A DNA stretch of 64,000 nt from Candidatus Woesebacteria bacterium GW2011_GWB1_33_22 (GCA_000989765.1 LBOW01000005.1:661-64660); one strand, 5' to 3'; shown: positions 1 through 9,310, counted from the stretch's first letter. Notes: generated from the sequence alone by a model not told the origin. Numbers and translations are program-made.

Positions 1-266
1 CCAATTGACGGACCTACTGTTTCAAACCTTAGTTCTACTGCATTTTTACTTTTAAAATCCTCTCTAATTTTTGTAATTTCCTCCTCAGACTTAACACTAT
101 ATTTAATATTTTCAATTTTTCCATCAGGCATTTTATAATCGGCAACTACTCCACCAGTAAAATCAATTCCAAGATTTAATCCCCATTTAAACAAGCTAAA
201 AATTCCTGCAGTCAAAAAGACTCCCGATATTATCAAATAAATTAATCTGTATTTCATCCACTGCAT
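1..266 (-). CDS. secF: Protein translocase subunit SecF, 5' portion; the gene runs off the window start
   Basis: Minus-strand translation from the ATG at 266 gives MQWMKYRLIYLIISGVFLTAGIFSLFKWGLNLGIDFTGG..., a typical SecF N-terminus. The start overlaps the secD stop. Confidence 0.8.
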   Translation of the reverse strand, partial: MQWMKYRLIYLIISGVFLTAGIFSLFKWGLNLGIDFTGGVVADYKMPDGKIENIKYSVKSEEEITKIREDFKSKNAVELRFETVGPSI

Positions 267-267
267 A

Positions 268-1503
268 TTATTTAACAAACAATCTAAGTAAGTTACGACT
301 TACAACAAGCCCAGTAAATAATGATATTCCAATTCCTAATGCTAAAGTTATAGCAAATCCTCTAACAGGACCTGAAACATGCAAGAAAGACCAATCAAGA
401 GGGTTTGCAAGAATAAAAGCCGTGACTAAAGTTGCTACATTGGCATCTCTAATAGAATCCCAGGCCCTTCCAAATGAAACCTCTAATGCCGACACAAATG
501 GTCTTAACTTTATCTCTTCTTTAAGTCTTTCAAATATTAAAATATTACTGTCAACCGCCATACCAACAGAGAGTAAAAAGCCTGCAATTCCAGGTAAGGT
601 TAAGGTTACTGGAATTAATTTATAAAGGGCAAGTGTAATTACACCAAAAATAATTAATGCAATATCTGCAACAAGTCCGTATCGACCGTAAATTAAAATC
701 ATAAAAAGAGAGACAAAAGTAAGTCCAATTACACCCGCTTTAACACTTTTACTAATAGAGTCAGCTCCCAGTGTTGCCCCTATTGTTTTTTCTTCAACTA
801 ATTTTACAGGAACGGGAAGGGCTCCAGCGTTTAACTGAATTTCTAGTTTTTTTGCCTCGTCTACAGTAAAATTACCAGAAATCTGAGCTTTTCCACCAAT
901 AATCTTTTCGTTAACTACAGGCGCTGAAATAATATCATTATCTAAAATAATAGCTAACGGTTTGCCAACCACCTTTCCTGTTATTTCTTCAAATTTCTTT
1001 GCACCTTCTTCATTAAACTCAATTGATACAGAGGGCTTTCCAGAGTTTTGATCAAAAGTAGTATCTGCAGACTTTAGATCTGCACCTGTTAAATTTGTCG
1101 GAATTATTTGATTCTCTCCAGCAATTTCAGCAAACAATAACTGTGCTGTTTGACCTATTAAGTTAGAGGCCTCCTTAGGATCATTTACCCCAGGAAGTTC
1201 GACAATAATCCTGTCTTTACCTTCAAACGAAGAAGTAGTCACATTGCTTTCTGATACACCAAAAAGATTAACTCTTTTTTCTATCACATTTCTCAAAGAA
1301 GATAAGGCTTTTTCTTTTCTATCAGCTTCTAAACTTGTTGTATCAGCTTCAAAAACTAAATGGCTTCCACCTGATAAATCTAGTCCAAGCTGTAATTCAA
1401 AACTTTTTCCAAAAACAGAATAACCTAAGCTTATGTAACCGCAAGCTAAAACTAATAGAAGTATTAAAATTGTCTTAACCAGTAAGTTCTTCTTCATCTC
1501 CAA
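268..1503 (-). CDS. secD: Protein translocase subunit SecD
   Basis: 411-aa ORF with an N-terminal TM, the LGLDLSGG motif and a C-terminal multi-TM domain characteristic of SecD. Confidence 0.9.
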   Translation of the reverse strand: MEMKKNLLVKTILILLLVLACGYISLGYSVFGKSFELQLGLDLSGGSHLVFEADTTSLEADRKEKALSSLRNVIEKRVNLFGVSESNVTTSSFEGKDRIIVELPGVNDPKEASNLIGQTAQLLFAEIAGENQIIPTNLTGADLKSADTTFDQNSGKPSVSIEFNEEGAKKFEEITGKVVGKPLAIILDNDIISAPVVNEKIIGGKAQISGNFTVDEAKKLEIQLNAGALPVPVKLVEEKTIGATLGADSISKSVKAGVIGLTFVSLFMILIYGRYGLVADIALIIFGVITLALYKLIPVTLTLPGIAGFLLSVGMAVDSNILIFERLKEEIKLRPFVSALEVSFGRAWDSIRDANVATLVTAFILANPLDWSFLHVSGPVRGFAITLALGIGISLFTGLVVSRNLLRLFVK

Positions 1504-2059
1504 TTATCATAACGCGACTTCCCAAAAATATACCTTGCAAGAAAGGGTCGCGTCTTTTCTTTCTATAATCCAATTCTTCTCTAGTCATAGCTGTGTAATT
1601 TATTTCTCTTCCTAATTTTGATTCAAAATTTCGTACAACTGAAGCAAGTTCAGGCAGGACAACTTCACCAACAACTAAAATGTCAACCTCATCATCTTTT
1701 TTTCTAATTTTTTGTCTCGCAAACTTACCAGAAAACATCACAAAACTAATTTTTCCTAATTTTGACCTAGAATCAAGAATTGCTCCACCAAGACCATTCG
1801 ACTTGGCAACAATTGACAACAAATCACCAAACATTGGATAATCATTTCTTAAAAAGTAATAAATTCTATTACCCCTTGGTTCTTTTTTCAAAATTCCTGA
1901 AGCTTCCATTTTTTCAAGCTCTCGTCTGACTGCATTAATCTCTTCTTTAATTTCTCTAACAATTCCTCTAACATGATACATTTCCGTTAAATTGGAAAAA
2001 AATAGTTCCAATATTTTTACTCTAACTTTTGAAGTGATGATGTCTTCTAAATTTGCCAT
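1475..2059 (-). CDS. Winged-helix DNA-binding domain fused to a minimal nucleotidyltransferase-like domain; hypothetical regulator
   Basis: N-terminal wHTH-like segment (VRVKILELF...GILKKEPRGNRIYYFL). The C-terminal segment has a GS...DDEVDILVVGE pattern resembling minimal NTase folds. Confidence 0.5.
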   Translation of the reverse strand: MANLEDIITSKVRVKILELFFSNLTEMYHVRGIVREIKEEINAVRRELEKMEASGILKKEPRGNRIYYFLRNDYPMFGDLLSIVAKSNGLGGAILDSRSKLGKISFVMFSGKFARQKIRKKDDEVDILVVGEVVLPELASVVRNFESKLGREINYTAMTREELDYRKKRRDPFLQGIFLGSRVMIIGDEEELTG

Positions 2060-2064
2060 TGAAA

Positions 2065-3276
2065 TTAATAACTAATATCATTTCCGGCAGGTAAGACTTC
2101 TATCCAAATTTGACCCCTAACAAGTGGTATTTCAGATCCTTTTTCATCAACAAACTTTAATCTGTCAGTTGCAGTCATTTTTTCCCAAGTACCTTCTATT
2201 GCATTGCCGTTTTGAAACATGGTGGCCTTACCCTTACCAGTAACTGTATATAACATATGATGCTCATTATCAACAGGTCCTTCTTCTTTGACATAAACTA
2301 TTGCAATATTTTTAGCAGTTAATTGTTCACCACTCTCCAAATCTTTGTGTTCTAGCCCTCCGTTAAATCTAAAATAAATATTCTTTGCTTTGTCATATTT
2401 CCACTCAACATCATAGCCTGCCATACTGTCCCAGAAATTAAATTTAATACTTAAATGCGTTGGGGTATCAATTGCTTTATCATCTATAAACTTCCAAGAT
2501 TTAAACTTTGTGTCCCAAGCATTTCCTTCAGAATCTTGATACTCAAACCCTCTCTTTGTAGCCTCCTCATAAATTTTGTCGGTTGAACCAACCTTTTGGT
2601 GTTCTGTGGCAAGGTCCATTCTCCTATCATCCGTAAATAAGGCTGGATAACCAGTATTTGTCGCCCCATTCATATCATTGCCATATCTTCCATTTACCCA
2701 ACTATTTTTTTCTAAGTACTTATACGCATCCACCCTTGGATCGATATCACCTCTTGGTTTAATTCCTCCTGGGCAATTATTACAAATATTATTTGCGCCA
2801 CCCCAGTGAACAAATAAAGGTTTATCACCGTACTCTAAAGCATAATTAATAAAGTAAACCCTAGCGCTTCTAATTTGCCCAATAATATAGTCATTATCAG
2901 CGATACCACAATAAAATACAGACAAAAATCTTGTTATTCCTCCTTCAGCGATAATTTCATAGACAACGTCTGCCCGGGATAATCCAGATTGAGGACGAGA
3001 ATCTAAATGATTTTCAATTATAGCTAACATAGGTCTTTTCTTTGACCAAATGTCTTTCTCAGCTTTTGTAAACATTGCTCCATTTATTGGACAACTTTCT
3101 GTTTTAGGCTTAGTTAAGTCAACTCTTGAAACTTTACCGCCTGTCTTTTTTCCTGTTGAAGTAAGAGATGAATCTTTTGTTAGAAAAGTAAAGGCTGCCA
3201 TAGAAACACCAGCAGAAAGCAAAAAAAGACCTAAAAATCCAAAGATTAATTGATATGGTAATTTTTTGACGTTCAT
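2065..3276 (-). CDS. DUF3048 (YerB-like) domain membrane-anchored protein
   Basis: N-terminal TM helix and a long conserved block (MLAIIENHLDSRPQSGLSRADVVYEIIAEGGITRFLSVFY) typical of the DUF3048 family. Confidence 0.7.
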   Translation of the reverse strand: MNVKKLPYQLIFGFLGLFLLSAGVSMAAFTFLTKDSSLTSTGKKTGGKVSRVDLTKPKTESCPINGAMFTKAEKDIWSKKRPMLAIIENHLDSRPQSGLSRADVVYEIIAEGGITRFLSVFYCGIADNDYIIGQIRSARVYFINYALEYGDKPLFVHWGGANNICNNCPGGIKPRGDIDPRVDAYKYLEKNSWVNGRYGNDMNGATNTGYPALFTDDRRMDLATEHQKVGSTDKIYEEATKRGFEYQDSEGNAWDTKFKSWKFIDDKAIDTPTHLSIKFNFWDSMAGYDVEWKYDKAKNIYFRFNGGLEHKDLESGEQLTAKNIAIVYVKEEGPVDNEHHMLYTVTGKGKATMFQNGNAIEGTWEKMTATDRLKFVDEKGSEIPLVRGQIWIEVLPAGNDISY

Positions 3277-3285
3277 CTTATTGTC

Positions 3286-3702
3286 TCATTTAACGCTTTC
3301 CTTTAATGCTTTTGCTTCATCTTCTGAGAGTTCTATTAAAGATTTACCCGATTTTACTTCTTTCAGGTAAAATCTTGTCCTTTCTCTTGTATGAAGGCTA
3401 GTAATAATAATACCATTTTTATTACCATCTAACAGTACCAAAGAAAAACTATTATTTCCACCAGTTTCTTTAAATGGATTATATTTACTAAGCCCAACCC
3501 TTTGTATATAATTAGTTGATATATTTTTTATCTTCAAAACCTCTGATTTTAGATAAACAATTTCTTTCGAATTATCATTAAACTCTTTGTTTTTTGATAT
3601 TTTAATTAAATCTTTGAAAACAAAAATAATCCAAATTAAAAGAATTGATAAAACAATTAACCAGACAATTGCAATTATTACCAGTATTAAGCTAATATTC
3701 AT
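3286..3702 (-). CDS. Small membrane protein, DUF4446-like
   Basis: N-terminal TM helix, about 138 aa, and a GLSKYNPF..GGNNSFSLVLLD motif resembling DUF4446. Confidence 0.5.
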   Translation of the reverse strand: MNISLILVIIAIVWLIVLSILLIWIIFVFKDLIKISKNKEFNDNSKEIVYLKSEVLKIKNISTNYIQRVGLSKYNPFKETGGNNSFSLVLLDGNKNGIIITSLHTRERTRFYLKEVKSGKSLIELSEDEAKALKESVK

Positions 3703-3725
3703 ATGCTTTAGAATAACTCAAATTT

Positions 3726-3956
3726 ATGACAAAAAAAAGAACTAGAAAACAGAAAGAGCACGCACAAATTACACGTGTCAATAGCCAATTAGGCTACAAG
3801 TTCAATGAATCCTATAATTTTGAGGCTAAAAACGAAATGGCCAATCTATCGGCTAGAAAGGAAGATTTAGGCTCAGTCAAAAAAGAGTTATACAAAAGCC
3901 TAGGTATAGCTATTTTGATCTTAATCTCACTCATGGTGTTATACTGGTTTTCGTAA
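3726..3956 (+). CDS. Hypothetical small protein with basic N-terminus and C-terminal TM helix
   Basis: 76-aa plus-strand ORF. A TAGAAT -10-like hexamer lies 11 nt upstream of the ATG. It is first in a plus-strand mini-operon. Confidence 0.4.
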   Translation: MTKKRTRKQKEHAQITRVNSQLGYKFNESYNFEAKNEMANLSARKEDLGSVKKELYKSLGIAILILISLMVLYWFS

Positions 3957-3963
3957 TTATAAA

Positions 3964-3972
3964 GGAGGTGAT
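3964..3972 (+). promoter_or_regulatory. Strong Shine-Dalgarno (AGGAGGTGA) for the downstream small zinc-ribbon gene
   Basis: aaAGGAGGTGAtttaaatATG, a perfect anti-SD complement about 7 nt before the ATG at 3979. Confidence 0.7.
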
Positions 3973-3978
3973 TTAAAT

Positions 3979-4101
3979 ATGATGTACTGCGTAAAATGTA
4001 GAACAAAGAGAGAAGGAAAAGACGCACAAGCTGTAACAATGAAGAATGGAAAGCAAGCAACAAAAGCAGTTTGTGAAGTTTGTGGAACAGGAAACAAATA
4101 A
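3979..4101 (+). CDS. 40-aa C4 zinc-ribbon protein (CxxC...CxxC)
   Basis: ORF MMYCVKCRTKREGKDAQAVTMKNGKQATKAVCEVCGTGNK*, below the ORF-track length cutoff. Perfect SD upstream and two CxxC pairs. Confidence 0.65.
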   Translation: MMYCVKCRTKREGKDAQAVTMKNGKQATKAVCEVCGTGNK

Positions 4102-4141
4102 TCTTAGCAGGTTGTTTAAAGCCTTCAAGAGGAACTATCGT

Positions 4142-4684
4142 ATGGTACCTCTTGAAGTGTTTGGTAAAAACCCCTACAAAACATTAATCTCCACGATACT
4201 CTCCGCGAGAACTAAAGATGAAATAACTCTTGAAGCTTCCAAAAGTTTATTCACTATCGCTCCAAACTTAAAAAAATTAAGTGAAATAGATATAAAGCTA
4301 ATAGAAAAAACAATCTATCCAGTAGGATTCTATAAAACAAAAGCAAAATATCTATATAACATTGCAAGGTCAGACCTTGCAATCGTACCCAAAACACAGG
4401 AAGAACTCATGAAGCTACCTGGAGTTGGAAGAAAAACTGCAAATTTAACTTTAAATAGAGCCTTTGGAATCCCCGCAATTGCAGTTGATACACATGTTCA
4501 TAGAATCAGTAATTTTTTAGGCCTTGTTAACACAAAAACTCCAGAGCAAACAGAAAAAGAGCTTTTAAAAGTAATCCCTAAAAAATACTGGTCAGAAGTG
4601 AATCGTTTATTTGTCTCAATCGGCCGTCAATATACAACAAACAAAAAATTGGGAGAGTTTTTAAAGAGGGTGAAAGTTATTTGA
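4142..4684 (+). CDS. nth: Endonuclease III-like HhH-GPD DNA glycosylase with no Fe-S cluster motif
   Basis: LPGVGRKTANLTL helix-hairpin-helix with the catalytic Lys and a VDTHVHRI Asp motif; no C-terminal Cys cluster. Start placed at the ATG at 4142, which has an AGAGGA SD; the track ORF runs upstream into the zinc-ribbon gene. Confidence 0.8.
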   Translation: MVPLEVFGKNPYKTLISTILSARTKDEITLEASKSLFTIAPNLKKLSEIDIKLIEKTIYPVGFYKTKAKYLYNIARSDLAIVPKTQEELMKLPGVGRKTANLTLNRAFGIPAIAVDTHVHRISNFLGLVNTKTPEQTEKELLKVIPKKYWSEVNRLFVSIGRQYTTNKKLGEFLKRVKVI

Positions 4685-4698
4685 TTACATCTTTCATA

Positions 4699-4821
4699 TC
4701 AAGATTTACTAAATTTCATTTTTTTAAGCGAATCTTTAAGTAGGGTTGGAAGGGAAATCACGGCAATAGCTAAGGCAAAAATTGCTAAAATTAAATAAAA
4801 TAGTCCTAAATTATTATTCAT
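4699..4821 (-). CDS. Possible 40-aa hydrophobic peptide
   Basis: ORF MNNNLGLFYLILAIFALAIAVISLPTLLKDSLKKMKFSKS* whose start overlaps the stop of the 85-aa ORF. Support is weak. Confidence 0.25.
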   Translation of the reverse strand: MNNNLGLFYLILAIFALAIAVISLPTLLKDSLKKMKFSKS

Positions 4822-5071
4822 ATATTTTTCTTGATATGTAAACTGCTAAATACCAAAACGAAAACGCTCCAATCAAACCAAATGATAACATTAAATCAAA
4901 CTTTTTGTCAAAAACAAGTGGAATTGCGACAGATCCCAGAGAAATCGTTCCAAGATTAATACAAATATCAACAATTGTTTTAAATTGTGAATTATTTAGA
5001 TTAGGACTTTTAAGTATAAGTGTAATTAAATATTTGCTCATCAATTTATTATATCTAATTTTCCAAAACAA
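4814..5071 (-). CDS. Hypothetical small membrane protein
   Basis: 85-aa ORF with two predicted hydrophobic helices; no recognisable family. Confidence 0.35.
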   Translation of the reverse strand: MFWKIRYNKLMSKYLITLILKSPNLNNSQFKTIVDICINLGTISLGSVAIPLVFDKKFDLMLSFGLIGAFSFWYLAVYISRKIYE

Positions 5072-5498
5072 TAGTCACAGGACCATCGAGGACGGCATTA
5101 ATTTCCATGTAATCTCCAAAACTACCAGTTTGTACATTTAATCCAGTCTCTTTTAGTTTAGTTATCATATATTCATACAATTCTTTTGCTTTGGCAGGTT
5201 CCTCTGCATCAATGAAGCTTGGTCTATTGCCATCTTTTGTGTTTGCGTACAGAGTAAACTGGGAAACTAGCAATATCTCAGATTTTGTATCAACTATTGA
5301 TAAATTCATTTTGGAATTTTGATCTGACATTATCCGAAGTTTAATTAATTTACTTACTAATTCGCCAACTTGTTTTTGACTATCTCCTTTTTTAATTCCC
5401 AAAAGAATGAATAAACCTTGATCAATTTTCCCAACTTCTTTATTTGTCTCTTTAACAATTACAGAAGCCTTAAAAACACGCTGTATGACAACCTTCAT
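5055..5498 (-). CDS. dtd: D-aminoacyl-tRNA deacylase
   Basis: 147 aa with MKVVIQRV at the N-terminus, an SQFTL motif and a NGPVT-like C-terminus typical of Dtd. Confidence 0.9.
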   Translation of the reverse strand: MKVVIQRVFKASVIVKETNKEVGKIDQGLFILLGIKKGDSQKQVGELVSKLIKLRIMSDQNSKMNLSIVDTKSEILLVSQFTLYANTKDGNRPSFIDAEEPAKAKELYEYMITKLKETGLNVQTGSFGDYMEINAVLDGPVTIVLEN

Positions 5499-5517
5499 GG
5501 CTATATTGTATCAAATT

Positions 5518-5526
5518 TGATATAAT
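5518..5526 (+). promoter_or_regulatory. Extended -10 promoter (TGaTATAAT) for rnpB
   Basis: tgatataat ends about 8 nt upstream of the predicted P1 5' end of the RNase P RNA. Confidence 0.55.
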
Positions 5527-5534
5527 CAGGTCTT

Positions 5535-5834
5535 CTAAAGAGGAGGTAATCGAGCCGTTAGGTGTGGAAACACTATCAAACGGTTAGGAAAGTCCAGACA
5601 GCAGAAGACAGGGTGTCTAGCGTAAGCTAGAGACCCCCACACCAATGTGAATTGGTAGTGGGGGGCCAGTTTAGAGCAACAGAGACGAGCCCATTTAGTT
5701 GGGAGTGAAACGTTGGCAATCCTCCCCGCTGCAACCTCCGAATTGGCCGTTTGAGGATGTCTTCCCAAGGCCTAAAGTATGAGGGCGTAGATAGATGATT
5801 ATCGAGACACAAAATCTGGCTTATTACTCTTTAG
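5535..5834 (+). ncRNA. rnpB: RNase P RNA (bacterial type, reduced length of about 300 nt)
   Basis: GC-rich island in an AT-rich genome. It carries a GGAAAGUCCAGAC P4 5' strand pairing with AAUCUGGCUUAU, with compensatory changes relative to E. coli CCGGG/CCCGG. It also has CAGGGUG...GUAAG, ACAGAGA and GGGAGUGAAA conserved blocks in canonical order, and a P1 helix (ctaaagag / ctctttag). Confidence 0.85.
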
Positions 5835-6798
5835 AAAATTTATTTTGAAGTAAAACTTGAATTATTATAACAATTGGTATTGACATAACCATTCCAGTAA
5901 TTCCTGCAAGTTTTGCACCTATTGCTAATGATAAAAGTGTAATAATTGGAGAAACACCTGTTGATTTTTCCATTATTTTAGGAACAAAAACATAATTTTC
6001 AAGTTGTTGAATTAGAATTGCTAAACCAATTGAAGCTCCACCAACAAAAGGTGAAATACTAAATCCTAGTATAATCGCAGGAACTGAAGCAACAATCGGA
6101 CCTAAATATGGCACTATCTCAAAAATCCCAGCAAGTAAAGCCAGGGGAAGGGCAAATGGAATCCCTAAAATAACAAAACCAATATAACTTGAAATTCCCA
6201 CAAGAAGCATTAGTAATAACTGTCCTCTTGCCCATCCACCAAGTTTTAATTCAAGTTGATCTACTACTTTTGAAACATCGATGCTTTTTTCTTTACCAAA
6301 AATACTTTCTAAGTTTTTATCAAATTTATCTCTAATCAAAAGTAAGTAAAAAGCAAAGATTAAAACAGTTAAAATATTTAAGATATTTGCGAAAAATGAA
6401 AAACCAGCTTTAATAACTTGACTAGGTACTGTACCTAATTGAGAAACAACTTCTTTTAAAATATCGCTGTTTGCATATTTAGTTATGCCTGAATCTTGTA
6501 AGTACTTTGGTAAATTATTAGCCAAATTTGTTGTTTGCTCAACAAGTGGTGGAAGAAGAATACCAATTGCCAATCCAAACAAACCAAAGATTATTATATA
6601 AGAAACCAAAATTGATAATGCTTTGGGAATTTTTATTCTAGAAAGTTTTTTAACAATAGGATTTAATATGGTCATTAAAAGTAAGGCAGCAAAAAGTTGA
6701 AGTACTATATCTCGTATTGAATAAAGAAACCATAAAGATACAGCAAAAACCGCAGTAAAGACAATGGTTTTGTAAGATATCTCAACTTTTCGTATCAT
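5824..6798 (-). CDS. AI-2E family transporter (PerM/UPF0118)
   Basis: 324-aa multi-TM protein with the conserved AI-2E C-terminal region GIFEIVPYLGPIVASVPAIILG. Its 3' end overlaps the rnpB 3' end convergently. Confidence 0.8.
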   Translation of the reverse strand: MIRKVEISYKTIVFTAVFAVSLWFLYSIRDIVLQLFAALLLMTILNPIVKKLSRIKIPKALSILVSYIIIFGLFGLAIGILLPPLVEQTTNLANNLPKYLQDSGITKYANSDILKEVVSQLGTVPSQVIKAGFSFFANILNILTVLIFAFYLLLIRDKFDKNLESIFGKEKSIDVSKVVDQLELKLGGWARGQLLLMLLVGISSYIGFVILGIPFALPLALLAGIFEIVPYLGPIVASVPAIILGFSISPFVGGASIGLAILIQQLENYVFVPKIMEKSTGVSPIITLLSLAIGAKLAGITGMVMSIPIVIIIQVLLQNKFSKE

Positions 6799-7733
6799 TT
6801 GCTATTATCCCATTTTTCGACTAATTTTTCTAGTTTAAGTAACTCTCCTGGTTTAGTTAAGTCAAACCAATTAATTTGTTTCTCTTTTTTAAACCAAGTT
6901 AACTGTCGTTTAACATAATTTATTTCGCTTTCAATCCACCTTTCGACAAATTCTTCATATGTTAATCCATTTTTAAAGAAACCTTCGGCTTCGCTATAGC
7001 CCAAGGCTTTCATTGATTGCATTTTCCAAGACACTCCCATTTTAAGTAAAGCCTCAACTTCATCTATAAAACCTTGTTCTATTCTTTTCTCTACTCTACT
7101 TGTAATTAAACTGGATATTTGGTCAGTTGGATAATTCAAGCCAATATATAAAGTGTTCATTGTAATCTGATTACTTTTAGTTTTGATTACTTCCTGTTCG
7201 TTAGATATTTTCCAAATTGCAATTTCAATTGCTCTGATTAACCTTCTAGGATTCATTTTATCTGAAATATTCATGCTTGCAGCTTTACTACTATCTAATG
7301 TTGCAAGTTTTTCATACAATTCAGAAACCTTTTTTTCTTCTAAACTTTTCCTTAAATCAGTATTTTTTGGAATATTTAAAGTATCAATCCCCTCCACAAC
7401 TGCTTTTATGTATAATCCTGTGCCACCAACTAGAATTGGTAACTTACCCCGTCTATAAATATTCTTGATGGTAGCGTTTACAAATTTCGAATATTCAGAT
7501 ACAGAATAATTTTCTTTTGGATCAACTAAGTCATAGCCATATATTGGTATTTTTCCCCACTCCTTGCCTGTTCCAATGTCCATAAATTTATAAACTTGCC
7601 TTGAATCAGCAGAAATTATTTCCCCATTAAATTTTTGGGCCAAAAAAATACCGAGTTTTGTCTTCCCTGTTGCGGTTGGTCCACAAATAATAAGTAGCCT
7701 AGCTACTGGCGCTGGTGTATTTTTTAAGTGCAT
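6795..7733 (-). CDS. miaA: tRNA dimethylallyltransferase
   Basis: P-loop GPTATGKT near the N-terminus, ADSRQVYK and a DIGTGK-like motif. Confidence 0.9.
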   Translation of the reverse strand: MHLKNTPAPVARLLIICGPTATGKTKLGIFLAQKFNGEIISADSRQVYKFMDIGTGKEWGKIPIYGYDLVDPKENYSVSEYSKFVNATIKNIYRRGKLPILVGGTGLYIKAVVEGIDTLNIPKNTDLRKSLEEKKVSELYEKLATLDSSKAASMNISDKMNPRRLIRAIEIAIWKISNEQEVIKTKSNQITMNTLYIGLNYPTDQISSLITSRVEKRIEQGFIDEVEALLKMGVSWKMQSMKALGYSEAEGFFKNGLTYEEFVERWIESEINYVKRQLTWFKKEKQINWFDLTKPGELLKLEKLVEKWDNSK

Positions 7734-8499
7734 AATGCCAAAATTTAATTGAGAAAAACAAAAGTGCTAAGCCAAAAATCAGTGATGAAATTATTCCCAG
7801 AGGACTAACTAATCCAATCAATGCCTTAGCAGGTATCGTAACCATTACACCAACAGGAACTATAAAAGTTAATAAACTTTTGAAAGGTTCTTTATAAATA
7901 TCAATTGGAAATCTACCTATTGATACAAGATCTCTATAGATCATTACTGTATGATCTATTTCTGTTGTAATAATTCCTAAAGATAAAACAGCAATGTGAA
8001 AAGCTGCTGAAATAACTAAACCATTGATAACAAGCAGTATGTAGAATGTAGTATGTAGTATGGTAGGCGATAACAGAGAACCAATATAAATAACCACACC
8101 AATAATTGCTGGAAGAGTAATTAAATCAACTGGATCAGCACCACCAAATAAACTTCTAAAAAGAGGACTTACTGGTTTAACCAAAACCAAATCCAAATCT
8201 CCGCTTACCACAAGTTGTCTAAATGAATAAACAGATCTAAATAAAAACTGGGCTAAGGTGTCAATCAACACATATGTTGCAGTAAAAAAAAGTATTTGGT
8301 TACCACTAAACCCCGCAAAACCATTAGTGTTTTTTACAAGAAAGATTAAAAAACCAAAATAAAACGAATATCTAACGATTTTACCAATTAAAAAGATCGT
8401 AAAAGCACTCCTTCTGGTAAGCCAGATGACAAAAGAATTTGTAGTCATTTTAACATAAACTCTTAAGTATTTTTTAAATTTATCTACCAATTGCTTCAT
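7699..8499 (-). CDS. ABC-2 family transporter permease
   Basis: 266-aa polytopic membrane protein adjacent to a homologous permease and an ABC ATPase. Confidence 0.65.
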   Translation of the reverse strand: MKQLVDKFKKYLRVYVKMTTNSFVIWLTRRSAFTIFLIGKIVRYSFYFGFLIFLVKNTNGFAGFSGNQILFFTATYVLIDTLAQFLFRSVYSFRQLVVSGDLDLVLVKPVSPLFRSLFGGADPVDLITLPAIIGVVIYIGSLLSPTILHTTFYILLVINGLVISAAFHIAVLSLGIITTEIDHTVMIYRDLVSIGRFPIDIYKEPFKSLLTFIVPVGVMVTIPAKALIGLVSPLGIISSLIFGLALLFFSIKFWHYALKKYTSASS

Positions 8500-9310
8500 A
8501 TACTTTTAATCCTTTCTGCCAAATCTTTTTTGTTATAAACAGCAAAATTAATGCCCACATAGCTCCAACTGTCAAACTTAACAAACTCAATTGGATACTT
8601 TCGTTTCCTAAATATGTTTGAATGGGAACAAAGACAAGATAAGGGAATGGTGTAAATTTCAATATGTTTTGAATAAAGGTTGGGAAAACATCTAAAGGAA
8701 AAAATGCACCTGACAAAAATTCTACAAATATTACAATTACCAAAAACTGGGCGCCCCAGGATATTTCAGGTATCCAAAATGGTACGAAACTAGTTAGCAT
8801 GGCAATTGAAAAGAAAATTAGAGAAGCAATTAAAAGTGATGCAACAAAAAGCACTATGTTTACAAAATTAGTTTGAACAAATATTTCTGGTTTTAATATT
8901 AAAAACAAAACTGTAATTTCAACAAAAGAAAATATAATGTTTAAAAACTTAGATGATATATCCCTTGTTATCCAATATTTGAAAAAATTAATGGGTTTTA
9001 GGAGTAAATTAGAAAGTTCACCGTTTGAAATAATTCCGGCAACATCAACTGATCTAGAAGACATAATAATTGCTCGGACGAATATTAACAAAAACGCATA
9101 GGCTATGATTTTTTCTTTTGAGTACCCAAAATAATTGACATTTGAATTTTGAAAAACAGAACTCCATAAAAAGAAGAAAACTAAAACTTGCATAATGTTT
9201 CTGATTCTCCACATTATAAAATTCAATTTATAAGTAAATTCCTGCTGAAGTGAAATTTCCAGTATTTTTAAATACTTGTTCATTTTAGTCCTCGTTACTA
9301 TTAAAGACAT
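8480..9310 (-). CDS. ABC-2 family transporter permease
   Basis: 276-aa polytopic membrane protein in an operon with the ABC ATPase. Confidence 0.65.
   Translation of the reverse strand: MSLIVTRTKMNKYLKILEISLQQEFTYKLNFIMWRIRNIMQVLVFFFLWSSVFQNSNVNYFGYSKEKIIAYAFLLIFVRAIIMSSRSVDVAGIISNGELSNLLLKPINFFKYWITRDISSKFLNIIFSFVEITVLFLILKPEIFVQTNFVNIVLFVASLLIASLIFFSIAMLTSFVPFWIPEISWGAQFLVIVIFVEFLSGAFFPLDVFPTFIQNILKFTPFPYLVFVPIQTYLGNESIQLSLLSLTVGAMWALILLFITKKIWQKGLKVYEAIGR

Noticed and set aside
5535-5812. Two minus-strand ORFs (5535..5768, 77 aa; 5627..5812, 61 aa)
   Set aside because: They lie entirely within the RNase P RNA gene on the opposite strand. The translations are Cys/Trp/Pro-rich and low-complexity, and they are artefacts of the GC-rich ncRNA.
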